This document shows positions 36,755 to 46,201 of a stretch of DNA of 64,000 nt, one piece after another (the first letter of the stretch is position 1; each line of letters opens with the position of its first letter). A program made the position numbers and the translations under genes. The DNA is taken from contig CAVSZB010000007.1 of NCBI GenBank assembly GCA_963732385.1, positions 480,001 to 544,000 of the forward strand. Reading direction: 5' to 3'. Under the pieces are notes generated by a model. The model was not told the origin of the DNA. It was given only the letters and a program-made list of their open reading frames with translations, and ran no database searches. The stretch comes from an uncultured bacterium (GTDB lineage Bacteria; Krumholzibacteriota; Krumholzibacteriia; LZORAL124-64-63).

Positions 36755-37512
36755 GTCCAGCGCTCCTGCGGCAGATCGGCGAGGACCGGGGCCGCGGTCG
36801 TACGCAGCGCCTCCGCGCGCGCGACTCCGGCCAGGAAGCCCCAGCGCAGCGACCATCGCTCCACCTCGTCGAGAAAGGCGCGATCGTTGATCAGGGTGCG
36901 ACGGCGTCCCTCCGCGGCAAGGAACTGGCTGCCATAGCAGGCCAGAGCGGCCAGTTTGGCTGCCCAGGACGTCGAGACGTCGAACAGCAGGCCGGGCTGC
37001 TGCCCGGGGGGGCAGACTTCGAACACTGCTTCGCAACGCCACGGCTCCGCCGGGTCGCCGGCAGGCCAGGCGTCCCGCCAGGCGCGCCCGGCCGGGACCT
37101 CCGGACGATAGGCCGCCAGATGCGCGAGGAACGCCGCGCTCGCCACCAGGCGCGGCGTGGCCAGATGGTCGGGGTGCCGCACCGGCGCCGGGGCGGTCAC
37201 GACCCAGCGCGGGCGCAACATCCGGATCACGGCCACGGTTGCCGCGATCTGACTCGGATCTTCCGGGGAGATGAAACCGTCCGGGAGCTCGAGCTGCAGG
37301 CGTCCGTCCAGGCCGAGCAGGGCGGACGCGCGCGCCGCCTCCGCCCACCGTTCGTCCGGTGTCCCGTTCGAACCGAGTTCGCCCCGCGTCAAATCGGCCA
37401 CCCACACCCGACGCCCACGATCGGCCAGCAGGCGCAGGGTCGCGCCGAGACCGATCTCCGCGTCATCCGTGTGCGGCGCCAGACAGAGAAGATCAACGCC
37501 CGCGCTGGTCAT
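36751..37512 (-). CDS. bshB1: Bacillithiol deacetylase BshB1 (PIG-L family)
   Basis: APHTDDAE, DLTRGELGSNGT, RHPDH; next to bshA. Confidence 0.88.
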   Translation of the reverse strand: MTSAGVDLLCLAPHTDDAEIGLGATLRLLADRGRRVWVADLTRGELGSNGTPDERWAEAARASALLGLDGRLQLELPDGFISPEDPSQIAATVAVIRMLRPRWVVTAPAPVRHPDHLATPRLVASAAFLAHLAAYRPEVPAGRAWRDAWPAGDPAEPWRCEAVFEVCPPGQQPGLLFDVSTSWAAKLAALACYGSQFLAAEGRRRTLINDRAFLDEVERWSLRWGFLAGVARAEALRTTAAPVLADLPQERWT

Positions 37513-37543
37513 GCCCAGCCTCCCCCTGCCCGGATACTTTTGC

Positions 37544-39094
37544 TCATTCGGGAGCGGGCACCGGCAGCACGAACTCGCTCCAGCGATCCCGCTCCCCCTC
37601 TGCGAAGTGCTGCCGCGCCGCATCGCGCGCCTGGGCGACGAACGGCTCGCCCCAGAGCGCGGTCGCGCCATGCAGCGCAAGCGTGCGCTCCTGACGCCGT
37701 CCGAGGGGCCGTACCCACGGCGGCATCCCGACCGTCGGCCCGCGCACGGCTGCAGCTTCGCGGGTCAGCAGCCGGGCGGCGCCGTTCCGCCAGCGGGCGG
37801 TTTCCCGGGCCGCCAGCAGAGCAGCCCTGTCCGGCTCCAGACCGGCCCTCTGCAGCGCCGCCGCCAACGCCACAGCCGCTTCTGCGACCAGTGATGTCGC
37901 CAGCGCCGGCCAATCCGTTGTCTCCTGCCTGGTGGCGCCGCCAGGCCCAGGTTCGCCGCTCGATCCCGCTGGAACGGCCCCGGCGAACAGGCGGGGCAGC
38001 AACGGCGCGCGGGCCAGGCCCACCTCGTCGTAAACTCCCTGCATTTGAACAAGATAAGCCAATTCTCCCGGGCCGACCACCACTCCCGAGGGGCGGAAGA
38101 GCCAATCCTGGACCAGCGAACGCAACAGCACGCCGGGCCGCAGCATGGCGGCCGCCGGCGGAGCAGCGGCGCCAGCCATCTCCGCCGACAGCGTCAACCG
38201 CCGTCCCTCCCTGGCCAGATGGAGCGGGCGGACTAGGCTCCCCTCCCCCAGCTGGGCGTGGAAGCCGTCCGCTACGAGCAATTCACCCGCGGTTCGCGCA
38301 ATCCCCGCCAGCGCCTCACGCCGCGGCCAAAGCGCGGCATGGAACGGCGCCGCGACCGCGTGCAGCTGCGCGTCATCCCCCGACACGGCGAGCAGTCCGG
38401 TCCCCGCGAACAGGCGCAGCAGCGCCCGCCGCTGCAGACGTCCCCAACCCAGGCCCTCCTGCCGACCCCGGCTCCAGATCGCCGCCAGTTCCGCCGCCAG
38501 CCCGCCCCCCGCCTCCCGGCTCACCAGCCAGGCCGCCTCGGCCCCGCTCCACGCCGACGCCGACGATGCCCCGACCATCTGGTCGGCGGGACCATCCGGC
38601 GGCGTGGCGCGCAGCAACACCCCGCGCGCCGGATCCCAGAGCCACGGCGCGAACGCCTCCAACCGGTCGTCATCGTCATCGCCGAACCAGAATAGCGGCA
38701 CGGTCGGACAGCCGGCCGCCGAGCGCGCGGCGGCCGCCGCCACGGCCGCGGCCGCCTTGTACAACGTGTAGAGCGGACCGCCGAGGAAGCCGGGCTGCTG
38801 GCCGGTGATGACCACGTCCGCCTCGCCGGCCGCAAGGCGCGCCACGTGGGCGGCGCACATACGCCGGCTGGGGTCATCTGGCTGGTCCGCGAGGAGCTCC
38901 CGCAGCCAGCGTTCGCGCCAGGCCGCCGCGCCCCACGCCGGCGCGGGGGCGGCGGCCGGCGGGGGGGCGTGCAGGAATCGGAGCCATTCGTCCCGCGCGG
39001 CCGGCCGGCCGGCACGACCGCCGAGCCAGGCGCGAAAGAGGGGGCTCAGTTCGCCGTCGTTGACCAACGGTCCGCCGCACACCGGAAGGTTCAC
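37544..39094 (-). CDS. bshC: Bacillithiol biosynthesis BshC (divergent)
   Basis: VITGQQPGFLGGPLYTLYKA, PGVLLRSL.QD, GPGELAY, RQER. Confidence 0.88.
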   Translation of the reverse strand: MNLPVCGGPLVNDGELSPLFRAWLGGRAGRPAARDEWLRFLHAPPPAAAPAPAWGAAAWRERWLRELLADQPDDPSRRMCAAHVARLAAGEADVVITGQQPGFLGGPLYTLYKAAAAVAAAAARSAAGCPTVPLFWFGDDDDDRLEAFAPWLWDPARGVLLRATPPDGPADQMVGASSASAWSGAEAAWLVSREAGGGLAAELAAIWSRGRQEGLGWGRLQRRALLRLFAGTGLLAVSGDDAQLHAVAAPFHAALWPRREALAGIARTAGELLVADGFHAQLGEGSLVRPLHLAREGRRLTLSAEMAGAAAPPAAAMLRPGVLLRSLVQDWLFRPSGVVVGPGELAYLVQMQGVYDEVGLARAPLLPRLFAGAVPAGSSGEPGPGGATRQETTDWPALATSLVAEAAVALAAALQRAGLEPDRAALLAARETARWRNGAARLLTREAAAVRGPTVGMPPWVRPLGRRQERTLALHGATALWGEPFVAQARDAARQHFAEGERDRWSEFVLPVPAPE

Positions 39095-39876
39095 GACCGC
39101 TCCTCCCGCCGATAGGCCAGCAGCCAGCGGGGGGCCTCAGGGGAGTTGAACGCTTCGCCGGCGTACCCGCCAGCCTCCCCCACCCGCCACAATCCGTGCG
39201 GGGCGGCCAGCGCGTCGAGCTCGGCCGGTTCGAACAGGGCGACTTCCTCCCTGTAGGCGAGTCCCCCGGCCGACACGCCGAGCGCCGCCGCCTCGGCCGC
39301 GCATCCCGGGCGCGGCCGCACGACCACCTGCTTCACGACGCGATCAGCAACCACGAAGCGCGACTCGCCCACGGCCAGCGGGCCGCTGTCCCGCCAGCGC
39401 GTCGTCGCATCGCCCACCGTCAGATCGCGCCGCACTGCCGCGCAGTTGAGGTAGTCCAGGTACCAGTGCCCACCCGGCCGCAAGACGCGTGCAATTTCGC
39501 CCACCACCGCCCCGTGCGCCGCAAGCGGTCCGAAATACCCGAACGCGGTAAAAAGCGAAGCCACTGCAGTGAAGATCCGGTCATCCAGCGGCAACTGCCG
39601 CATGTCGCCTCTTAAGAGCACGGCCCCCGCGGCAGCGGCCGTCCCGCGCGCCTCCGTCAACAGAGTCTTCGACAGGTCGAGGCCGACAACCTGCCGCCCC
39701 CCCTGCGCCAGGAACGGCAGGTGTCTCCCCGCGCCACAGCCGAGGTCCAGACACGCACCCGCGCCCAGTGGAGCGAGCCGCGCGATCGCCGCAACAGCCA
39801 CGCCCGCCTCGGCCACGTCGCGATGGGCGTACATCAACGGGTAATGCGCGCCGAAAGCGGTCTCGAACCAGTTCAT
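39091..39876 (-). CDS. Class I SAM-dependent methyltransferase
   Basis: LDLGCGAGRH, GLDLS, RGDMRQL, LFTAFGYF, LRPGG. Confidence 0.9.
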   Translation of the reverse strand: MNWFETAFGAHYPLMYAHRDVAEAGVAVAAIARLAPLGAGACLDLGCGAGRHLPFLAQGGRQVVGLDLSKTLLTEARGTAAAAGAVLLRGDMRQLPLDDRIFTAVASLFTAFGYFGPLAAHGAVVGEIARVLRPGGHWYLDYLNCAAVRRDLTVGDATTRWRDSGPLAVGESRFVVADRVVKQVVVRPRPGCAAEAAALGVSAGGLAYREEVALFEPAELDALAAPHGLWRVGEAGGYAGEAFNSPEAPRWLLAYRREERS

Positions 39877-41534
39877 GTGCCGTCCACGGGATCGAGCGCG
39901 AGCGGGCGCAGGCGACGACCCCGTCCGATCAGCGTGTCGCGCGCCGGGCCGGGCGCCTTGCCGGGATGGTCGACGGTCCAGTGCAGGCCACGGCTTTCGT
40001 GCCGGGCGCGCGCGCAGAGGACGATCATCTCGGCCACCAGGGCGATGTTGCGCAGTTCGACCAGGTCGGGGCTGATGCAGGATGCGCGGTACACCTCCTC
40101 GACCGTGCGTCGGATGTCGCGCACACGGCTGAGCGCGATGTCCAGACGCTTGCGGTTGCGCACGATGCCCACGTAGTCCCACATCACACGGCGCACGGTG
40201 TCCCAGTCATGGTCGAGCACGACATGCTCCGGCCCGTGGTCGTGGGCGGACGGCCGATCGTCGCGAGGCACGGGCGGCGCCTCCTCCACGGCGAACCGGC
40301 GCGGTTCCGCCGCGGCCGCGGCGGCGGCAGTCTCCGCGAAGAAGACCGCCTCGAGCAGCGAATTGCTGGCCAGCCGGTTGGCGCCGTGCACGCCGGTGCA
40401 GGCCACCTCTCCGATCGCGTAGAGGCCGGGCAGGTTCGTGCGCCCCTGCAGGTCGGTGCGCACCCCCCCGCACATGTAGTGGGCCGCCGGCACCACCGGC
40501 ACCGGCTCGCCCGCCATGTCGATGCCGAAGCGGGCACAGGTGGCGACGAGATTGGGAAAGCGTGCTTCCACCCGCGCGCGGTCGAGCGGGCGCAGGTCGA
40601 GAAACACGCACTTCGCGCCGGAAGATTTCATCTCCTGATCGATCGAGCGCGCCACGACGTCGCGCGGCGCCAACTCCCGCTGCGGGTGGTAGCGGCCCAT
40701 GAACCGCTCGCCCAGTGCGTTGATCAGCACGGCGCCTTCGCCGCGCACCGCTTCGGAGATCAGGAAGCTCTTGGCGTCGGGATGGTACAGGCAGGTGGGA
40801 TGGAACTGCACGAACTCGAGATTCCCCAGGGTCGCGCCGGCGCGGCACGCCATGGCCAGTCCGTCCCCCGTGGCGATGTCGGGGTTGGACGTGTAGGAGT
40901 AGACCTTCCCGCAGCCCCCGGTGGCGAGCACAACCACGTCGGCGAGGCAGGCGCGACGGGTCAGGGTCAGATGATCGAGAATCCAGCAGCCGACGATGCG
41001 CTGCGCCTCCGCCCCCGCGAGTCCGAGAGCCCGGCCGTGAATCAGATCGAGCCCGAGGTGGTTCTCGTCGAGCCGGATGTCGGGATGCCTCTGGCAGGCC
41101 GCCAGCAGCCGCGCCTCGATTTCCCGTCCGGTCAGATCTTTCGAGTGGACGATACGGGAATGCGAGTGGCCCCCCTCGCGGCCGAGAGCGAACGGGGCGT
41201 CGGCCCTGTCCCCCTGGCGGCTGAAATCGCAGCCCACCGCCAGCAGTCGCGCGATCAGGCGCGGCGCGGCCTCCACCATCGACCGCACCACCGGTTCCCG
41301 GCAGAGTCCATCGCCGGCCGTGAGGGTATCGAGGACATGGGAGGCGAAATCATCCAGCGGCGACAACACCGCGGCGATCCCACCCTGCGCATAATTGGTG
41401 TTGCTCTCATTGGATTCCTTCTTGGTGGCGATGCGGACCGTGCCGTGCGCAGCCGCCAGCAGCGCGAACTGCAGGCCGGCGATGCCGGAGCCGAGGACCA
41501 GGAAGCGGCTGTGCAACGGGTCGTCGACGGTCAT
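39873..41534 (-). CDS. nadB: L-aspartate oxidase
   Basis: GSGIAG, YAQGGIAA, REGGHS, QFHPT, LISEAVRGEG, HGANRLASNSLLE. Confidence 0.96.
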   Translation of the reverse strand: MTVDDPLHSRFLVLGSGIAGLQFALLAAAHGTVRIATKKESNESNTNYAQGGIAAVLSPLDDFASHVLDTLTAGDGLCREPVVRSMVEAAPRLIARLLAVGCDFSRQGDRADAPFALGREGGHSHSRIVHSKDLTGREIEARLLAACQRHPDIRLDENHLGLDLIHGRALGLAGAEAQRIVGCWILDHLTLTRRACLADVVVLATGGCGKVYSYTSNPDIATGDGLAMACRAGATLGNLEFVQFHPTCLYHPDAKSFLISEAVRGEGAVLINALGERFMGRYHPQRELAPRDVVARSIDQEMKSSGAKCVFLDLRPLDRARVEARFPNLVATCARFGIDMAGEPVPVVPAAHYMCGGVRTDLQGRTNLPGLYAIGEVACTGVHGANRLASNSLLEAVFFAETAAAAAAAEPRRFAVEEAPPVPRDDRPSAHDHGPEHVVLDHDWDTVRRVMWDYVGIVRNRKRLDIALSRVRDIRRTVEEVYRASCISPDLVELRNIALVAEMIVLCARARHESRGLHWTVDHPGKAPGPARDTLIGRGRRLRPLALDPVDGT

Positions 41535-41725
41535 GATCGCATCCCCCCCCCGCGAGCGGCCACCGGCCACCCGCGGCCGGCCCAATATAGGCCGTCCCGA
41601 CCGGGCGCTGCAATCATGCCGGCGGTGCAATTGCGATTTGCCCGCCCGGCTGCCGTGCGGACGGGGCCCCCGCGGCAGAGGGCCACAATAAGGCTCAAGC
41701 CGCAGCCCCGGCGCGCGATCTATGA

Positions 41726-41741
41726 TGGCACATGGATTGCA
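41726..41741 (+). promoter_or_regulatory. sigma54 promoter of orphan lipoprotein
   Basis: TGGCAC-ATGGA-TTGCA, perfect -24/-12 consensus. Confidence 0.8.
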
Positions 41742-41795
41742 GCCCGGCGACCGGCCGATTGAACGGCCCTTGCCGGATTCCCACCGCGAGGAGGC

Positions 41796-42407
41796 ATGGT
41801 TGTGATGCGCTCAGGTAAAACGCTCACGCTGGCCGCGCTGCTGGCGCTGACCGGAACAGTGGCCCTGCTTGCCGGCTGCTCACAGGACGGCAACGAGTTC
41901 CAGCGGCTGGTCTGCGAGGTCAGTCTGGTGAACCAGGGGGTCCCGCTGGTTTCCGGCTACCTGGACGTCGGTTCGGACAAGGAGGCAGGAACCGCTGACG
42001 ATACCTTCCCCATCGATATCGTCGACGTGAAATTCCAGACCCGGCCGTACAACTCAGTCGTCACCCTGCCCGAGGGGGCGCCCTACAGCTACTTCCACAT
42101 CACGTCCTACGACCTGACGTGGGTGCCACTGTCGGCGGCCGGAGATTCGCTGGTCAGCTACAACCGGATCGATGCGCGGACCGACGTTCTGGTGCCGGTG
42201 AACGACGAAGCCAATGTGCCGATCCTGGTGGCCGACAGATCCATGAAGGACCGGCCCTGGTTCGCGGAGCTGTACACGGCATCGCGGCCGTCGTTCACGG
42301 CCATTGCCGAGATCCGCTTCCACGGGCACGAAACCGGGTCGGAGACGGACATCGTAGTTCCCGCCTCGTTGATGGTGACTTTCGTCGGCGCGATCATCGG
42401 CGACTGA
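41796..42407 (+). CDS. Hypothetical beta-rich lipoprotein
   Basis: Signal peptide with LLAGC lipobox; GAGGAGG SD. Confidence 0.8.
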   Translation: MVVMRSGKTLTLAALLALTGTVALLAGCSQDGNEFQRLVCEVSLVNQGVPLVSGYLDVGSDKEAGTADDTFPIDIVDVKFQTRPYNSVVTLPEGAPYSYFHITSYDLTWVPLSAAGDSLVSYNRIDARTDVLVPVNDEANVPILVADRSMKDRPWFAELYTASRPSFTAIAEIRFHGHETGSETDIVVPASLMVTFVGAIIGD

Positions 42408-43491
42408 CCGGAGTTCCCGCGACTGGCCGCGTGAGACGCTCCTCGACGAGGTCGGGGAGCGTCTCGCTTTGGTCCCAGACGATCGCCATCTCGACTACCG
42501 TCAGCGGCGGCTGCGCCGGCCAGACCGGCGCCAGCTTGACTGCATCCTTCGTGGTCGTGAGCCAGCGCGTGACCCCAGCAGCGGACCCGACAGCCAGTGC
42601 ACGCGCCACCAGCCCGGAGGTGTAGGCCGCGTGATCATCGACCCGGATCGCCAGGCGCGGTGCACGGTCGAGCAGCCGCGCGCAGCCGGCCTCGAACAGT
42701 TCCGGTCGCGCGAGGCCGGAAATGACCCCCCACGCGGTGTCGGGGTCCGGCGCTGCCGCTGCCGCCAGTCTCATTTCCCGGTGGAAGGCGAGCACCCGGC
42801 TCCCCCCCCGTCCGAACCGCGGCCACTCCCGGTCCGACGGCGGCGTACCTTCCACCAGCCAGATCGCCGCGCGCAACGCCCCCTCCGGCCCTTCCCGATA
42901 CGGACCCCACGGCAGCAGCGGCCCGGCCAGCGGGGCCATCTCCCCATCCTCGACCCGCCAGCGGTCGAGGATCAGCACGTCGGCATGCCGCGGCAGGCCG
43001 GCGCTCTGATGCGCGTCCTCCAGCAGGATCACCGCCGGGGCCAGAGACCGCGCCATCACCAGTCCCGCGACACGATCCGCTGCCTGGACAACCGTCCAGG
43101 CGGGCGACGCGGCGGCCAGCAGCCTCGCTTCGTCGCCGGCCCGCCCATTCGCGTGGACGACCAGCAGCGGCCCGCGCAGCGGCGAGCCGTGCCCACGGGT
43201 GACCACCACGCCGCGGTGGCCCCGCGCCCCCAGCTGCCGGATAAGGTCTAATGCGATCGGCGTCTTGCCGGTCCCGCCGACCCGCAGATTGCCAAGCGAC
43301 ACGATCAGCGGGGGCGCCGGCAGCGGCTGTGCGCGCGCGGCCACGCGCCGTGAAAGCACGGCATGATTGACCGGCGCCGTGACCCGCGCGACGCTCCGCA
43401 ACCACGCCGGCGGCGCGTCCGCCTGGCCCCACACCCGCGCGGCCAGCCGCGGGCCGGGGCCCCGCCAGTCGAGGATGCGGCCCGCGTTCAT
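42394..43491 (-). CDS. lpxK: Tetraacyldisaccharide 4'-kinase
   Basis: SLGNLRVGGTGKTP, TRGHG, GDEARL, LLEDAHQ, TTTKDAVKL. Confidence 0.88.
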   Translation of the reverse strand: MNAGRILDWRGPGPRLAARVWGQADAPPAWLRSVARVTAPVNHAVLSRRVAARAQPLPAPPLIVSLGNLRVGGTGKTPIALDLIRQLGARGHRGVVVTRGHGSPLRGPLLVVHANGRAGDEARLLAAASPAWTVVQAADRVAGLVMARSLAPAVILLEDAHQSAGLPRHADVLILDRWRVEDGEMAPLAGPLLPWGPYREGPEGALRAAIWLVEGTPPSDREWPRFGRGGSRVLAFHREMRLAAAAAPDPDTAWGVISGLARPELFEAGCARLLDRAPRLAIRVDDHAAYTSGLVARALAVGSAAGVTRWLTTTKDAVKLAPVWPAQPPLTVVEMAIVWDQSETLPDLVEERLTRPVAGTPVSRR

Positions 43492-44114
43492 CGCCCCTCC
43501 GCCAGTGCGGCGGCAATCCGTGCGCGCCACAGCGTCGTCCGGGCAGGATCCTCCTCCGGAGGCACCTGCAGCGGCGGCCCTTCGTCGATCCGCGCCACCG
43601 CGCCGGGCCACGGCACGAGCGTGCCATCCCACGTGCGCAGGCGCCAGCAACGTCGCGGATGGGCGCGCAACGGCACCACCGGCCGGCCGCTGAGCCGGGA
43701 GAGCTGAACGACCCCCTCCCTCACCGCGCCGAAAGGCCCGCGCGGACCGTCGACCGCGACCCCCACGCTGCGTCCCTCGCGCAGCGCCGCAAGCAGTCGC
43801 ATGAACGCCGGCCCGCCGCCGTGTCCAGTCGAGCCACGGGCGAAACCGAAACCGTGGGGGCCCAGAGCGCTGATCAGCACCTCGCCGTCGGCGCTCTGGC
43901 TGACCAGAAGCACCGGGCGCGACGGGCGCACGTACAGGATCGCCGGGATCAGGTCACGGTGCAGGCAGGCGTAAATGACCGGGCCGGGGTGCGCCGGGCG
44001 CGCGGCGGGCCGAGGCCGCACCGGCACCGCCAGCACGAGCAACCGCCACGCGGGCAAGGCGAGCCGCAACTTCCAGCCCTGCAGGGCGGGATGACCGGCG
44101 CGCACCATCTTCAC
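43488..44114 (-). CDS. DUF374 / lysophospholipid acyltransferase-like protein
   Basis: VSQSADGE, ARGST, AVDGPRGP, TWD...PWPG. Confidence 0.82.
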   Translation of the reverse strand: MKMVRAGHPALQGWKLRLALPAWRLLVLAVPVRPRPAARPAHPGPVIYACLHRDLIPAILYVRPSRPVLLVSQSADGEVLISALGPHGFGFARGSTGHGGGPAFMRLLAALREGRSVGVAVDGPRGPFGAVREGVVQLSRLSGRPVVPLRAHPRRCWRLRTWDGTLVPWPGAVARIDEGPPLQVPPEEDPARTTLWRARIAAALAEGR

Positions 44115-45301
44115 CCCTCCGGGCGCGCGGCCGCGCTCCGCGCGTCGAGCAGCGCGAGCGCCGCGTCCGCGGCACGCTCCCAGGCCCCCGGCGGGCCGAG
44201 CCGCGCCCGCAGGCGGTCCACGCCGGCGGCGAACCGGCGTCGGCGCGCCGCGTCCTGCAACCAATCCTCAAGCGCAGCGGCCAGAGCGGTTGACGTGACC
44301 TCCACCTGGATGTGCTCCCGCACGAAGTCCTCCGCCAGGATCAGGTTCGCCAGACCGATGTGCGGCACGCGCACCAGGCGGCGGGCCACCGCATAGCTGA
44401 ACGCGGAGGTGCGATAAACCACCTCATGCGGCACGCCGGCGAGCGCCACCTCGAGCGAGGCCGTGCCGCTGCAGACCAGCGCGAGGTCGAGCGTCGGCAG
44501 CAGGTCGGGCAGCCGCGCCGAGGAAATCGTCGCTCCCTGCCGCGCCGCCGCGGCGAGCAGGCTTCGCTCGAGCCCGGGCGCCGCGCTCACGACGCAGTTC
44601 AACGGGCGCGGTGCGATTCGCGCGCGGAGCAGAGCGGCGGCACCCAGCAGTTCCGGCAGCAGGCCGGCAACCTCCTGTCGACGACTGCCAGGCAGCAGTC
44701 CCAACGTTACCGGAGCGTCGGGGGCGCCCAGCCGCGCCTCGCGCCGGTCGGTGTCAGCGCCGGCCGCGGCCGCCGGATAGTCCTCAACCAGCGGATGCCC
44801 AAGCGCCGCCACCGCGAGCCCGCGCGCGCCGAACCAGTCCGGTTCGAACGGCAGGATGACGCCGAGTCGGTCCACCGCCCGCCGCAACCCCCGGAGCCGC
44901 CAGGCCCCCCAGGCCCAGAGCTGCGGCGCCACCAGGTAAAAAACCGGGATACCGCGCTGCCGCGCCGCCGCCGCGACCCGCAGGTTGAATCCGGGGAAGT
45001 CCACCGGCACGCACAGATCGATCTCTCCGCGCGACAGGTGGCGCCAGACACGACGACGCGCCGCGATCAGCCGCGGCAGCGCGCCCAGCACTTCACCGAA
45101 GCCCATGACCGCGAGCGGTCCGCTCGACTGGATGATCTCCGCGCCGGCCGCCTCGAGCGCTGGCCCCCCCACCGCGGAGAGCCGCAGATCGGGCCGACGA
45201 CGTCGCAACACCGCGACCAGGGCCGCGCCGTAGCGATCGCCGCTCGCCTCGCCGCAGGAGAGGAAAATGTGGGGTGGGCGCGCTACAAAGGATGGCGTCA
45301 T
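44111..45301 (-). CDS. lpxB: Lipid-A-disaccharide synthase
   Basis: GEASGD, VDFPGFN, APQLWAW, ILPFE, LLPGSR, SGTASLE. Confidence 0.95.
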   Translation of the reverse strand: MTPSFVARPPHIFLSCGEASGDRYGAALVAVLRRRRPDLRLSAVGGPALEAAGAEIIQSSGPLAVMGFGEVLGALPRLIAARRRVWRHLSRGEIDLCVPVDFPGFNLRVAAAARQRGIPVFYLVAPQLWAWGAWRLRGLRRAVDRLGVILPFEPDWFGARGLAVAALGHPLVEDYPAAAAGADTDRREARLGAPDAPVTLGLLPGSRRQEVAGLLPELLGAAALLRARIAPRPLNCVVSAAPGLERSLLAAAARQGATISSARLPDLLPTLDLALVCSGTASLEVALAGVPHEVVYRTSAFSYAVARRLVRVPHIGLANLILAEDFVREHIQVEVTSTALAAALEDWLQDAARRRRFAAGVDRLRARLGPPGAWERAADAALALLDARSAAARPEG

Positions 45302-45356
45302 CAGGCGCCTCCGGGCGCGGAAAGAGAGCGAACCCTCCCGCGATGCGTCGGTGCGG

Positions 45357-46178
45357 TCAGCGGACGATGCCCCGCTCGGACCTCCGGATGAAAGCCATGA
45401 GATCCTCGATGCTGCGCGTGAGCTGACAGTCCGTGGCGATTCGCTCGAGGGCCTGGCTGACGTTCAGCCCGCTGCGGTACAACAGGCGGTAGGCATCCCT
45501 GATGTTCGTGATTTCGTCGTCAGCGAAGCCGCGTCGCTTGAGACCGACCGCGTTGATGCCGGCCACAGCGACGGGGTTGCCCGCGACCTTGACGAAGGGG
45601 GGCACATCCTGCGGCAGGCGACTGCCGCCGCCGACGAAGGAGTGCCGGCCGATGCGCACGAACTGATGCACGGGGGTCATGCCGCCGAGAATGGCCCAGT
45701 CCTCCACCTCGACGTGGCCCGCCAGATTCACCGCGTTGGCCAGGATTACATGGTCATGAATGTGGCAGTTATGCGCAACGTGCACATAGGCCATCAGCAT
45801 GTTCCCGCTGCCGACGCGGGTCTGTTCCCCTTCGCCCGTGGCGAGGTGGATGGTCACGTACTCGCGGATCACGTTGTCGTCGCCGATTTCGACGAAACTG
45901 GTCTCACCCCGATACTTCAGGTCCTGTGGCGGACCACCGATCGCCGCGCCATGGAAAACCTGGTTGTTGCGCCCGAGCAGGGTGCGCCCGTCGATCCAGA
46001 CCGAGGAGCCGATCCGGCAACCCGGGCCGATTTCCACGTCCGGCCCGATAACCGAGTGCGGGCCGATGATGACGTCGTGCCCGAGCCGCGCCCTCGCATC
46101 CACCACGGCCGTGGGGTGGATCTCCGCGGCATGTACGGGCCGCGGGCCGGGCAGCGGCTGCCGATTCAGCTTCTCCAC
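45357..46178 (-). CDS. lpxA: UDP-GlcNAc O-acyltransferase
   Basis: IHPTAVV, PQDLKY, MAYVHVAHNC, QDVPPF; start 46178 or 46196. Confidence 0.96.
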   Translation of the reverse strand: MEKLNRQPLPGPRPVHAAEIHPTAVVDARARLGHDVIIGPHSVIGPDVEIGPGCRIGSSVWIDGRTLLGRNNQVFHGAAIGGPPQDLKYRGETSFVEIGDDNVIREYVTIHLATGEGEQTRVGSGNMLMAYVHVAHNCHIHDHVILANAVNLAGHVEVEDWAILGGMTPVHQFVRIGRHSFVGGGSRLPQDVPPFVKVAGNPVAVAGINAVGLKRRGFADDEITNIRDAYRLLYRSGLNVSQALERIATDCQLTRSIEDLMAFIRRSERGIVR

Positions 46179-46201
46179 GCTTCCTCCTCGATCCATTCCG
46201 C

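Noticed and set aside
35600..37405. Long N-terminal extensions in the ORF track (bshA, lolD, GlmU-like, flgI, methyltransferase) as fusions
   Set aside because: They overlap upstream genes; downstream starts with SD or stop-start coupling fit family lengths
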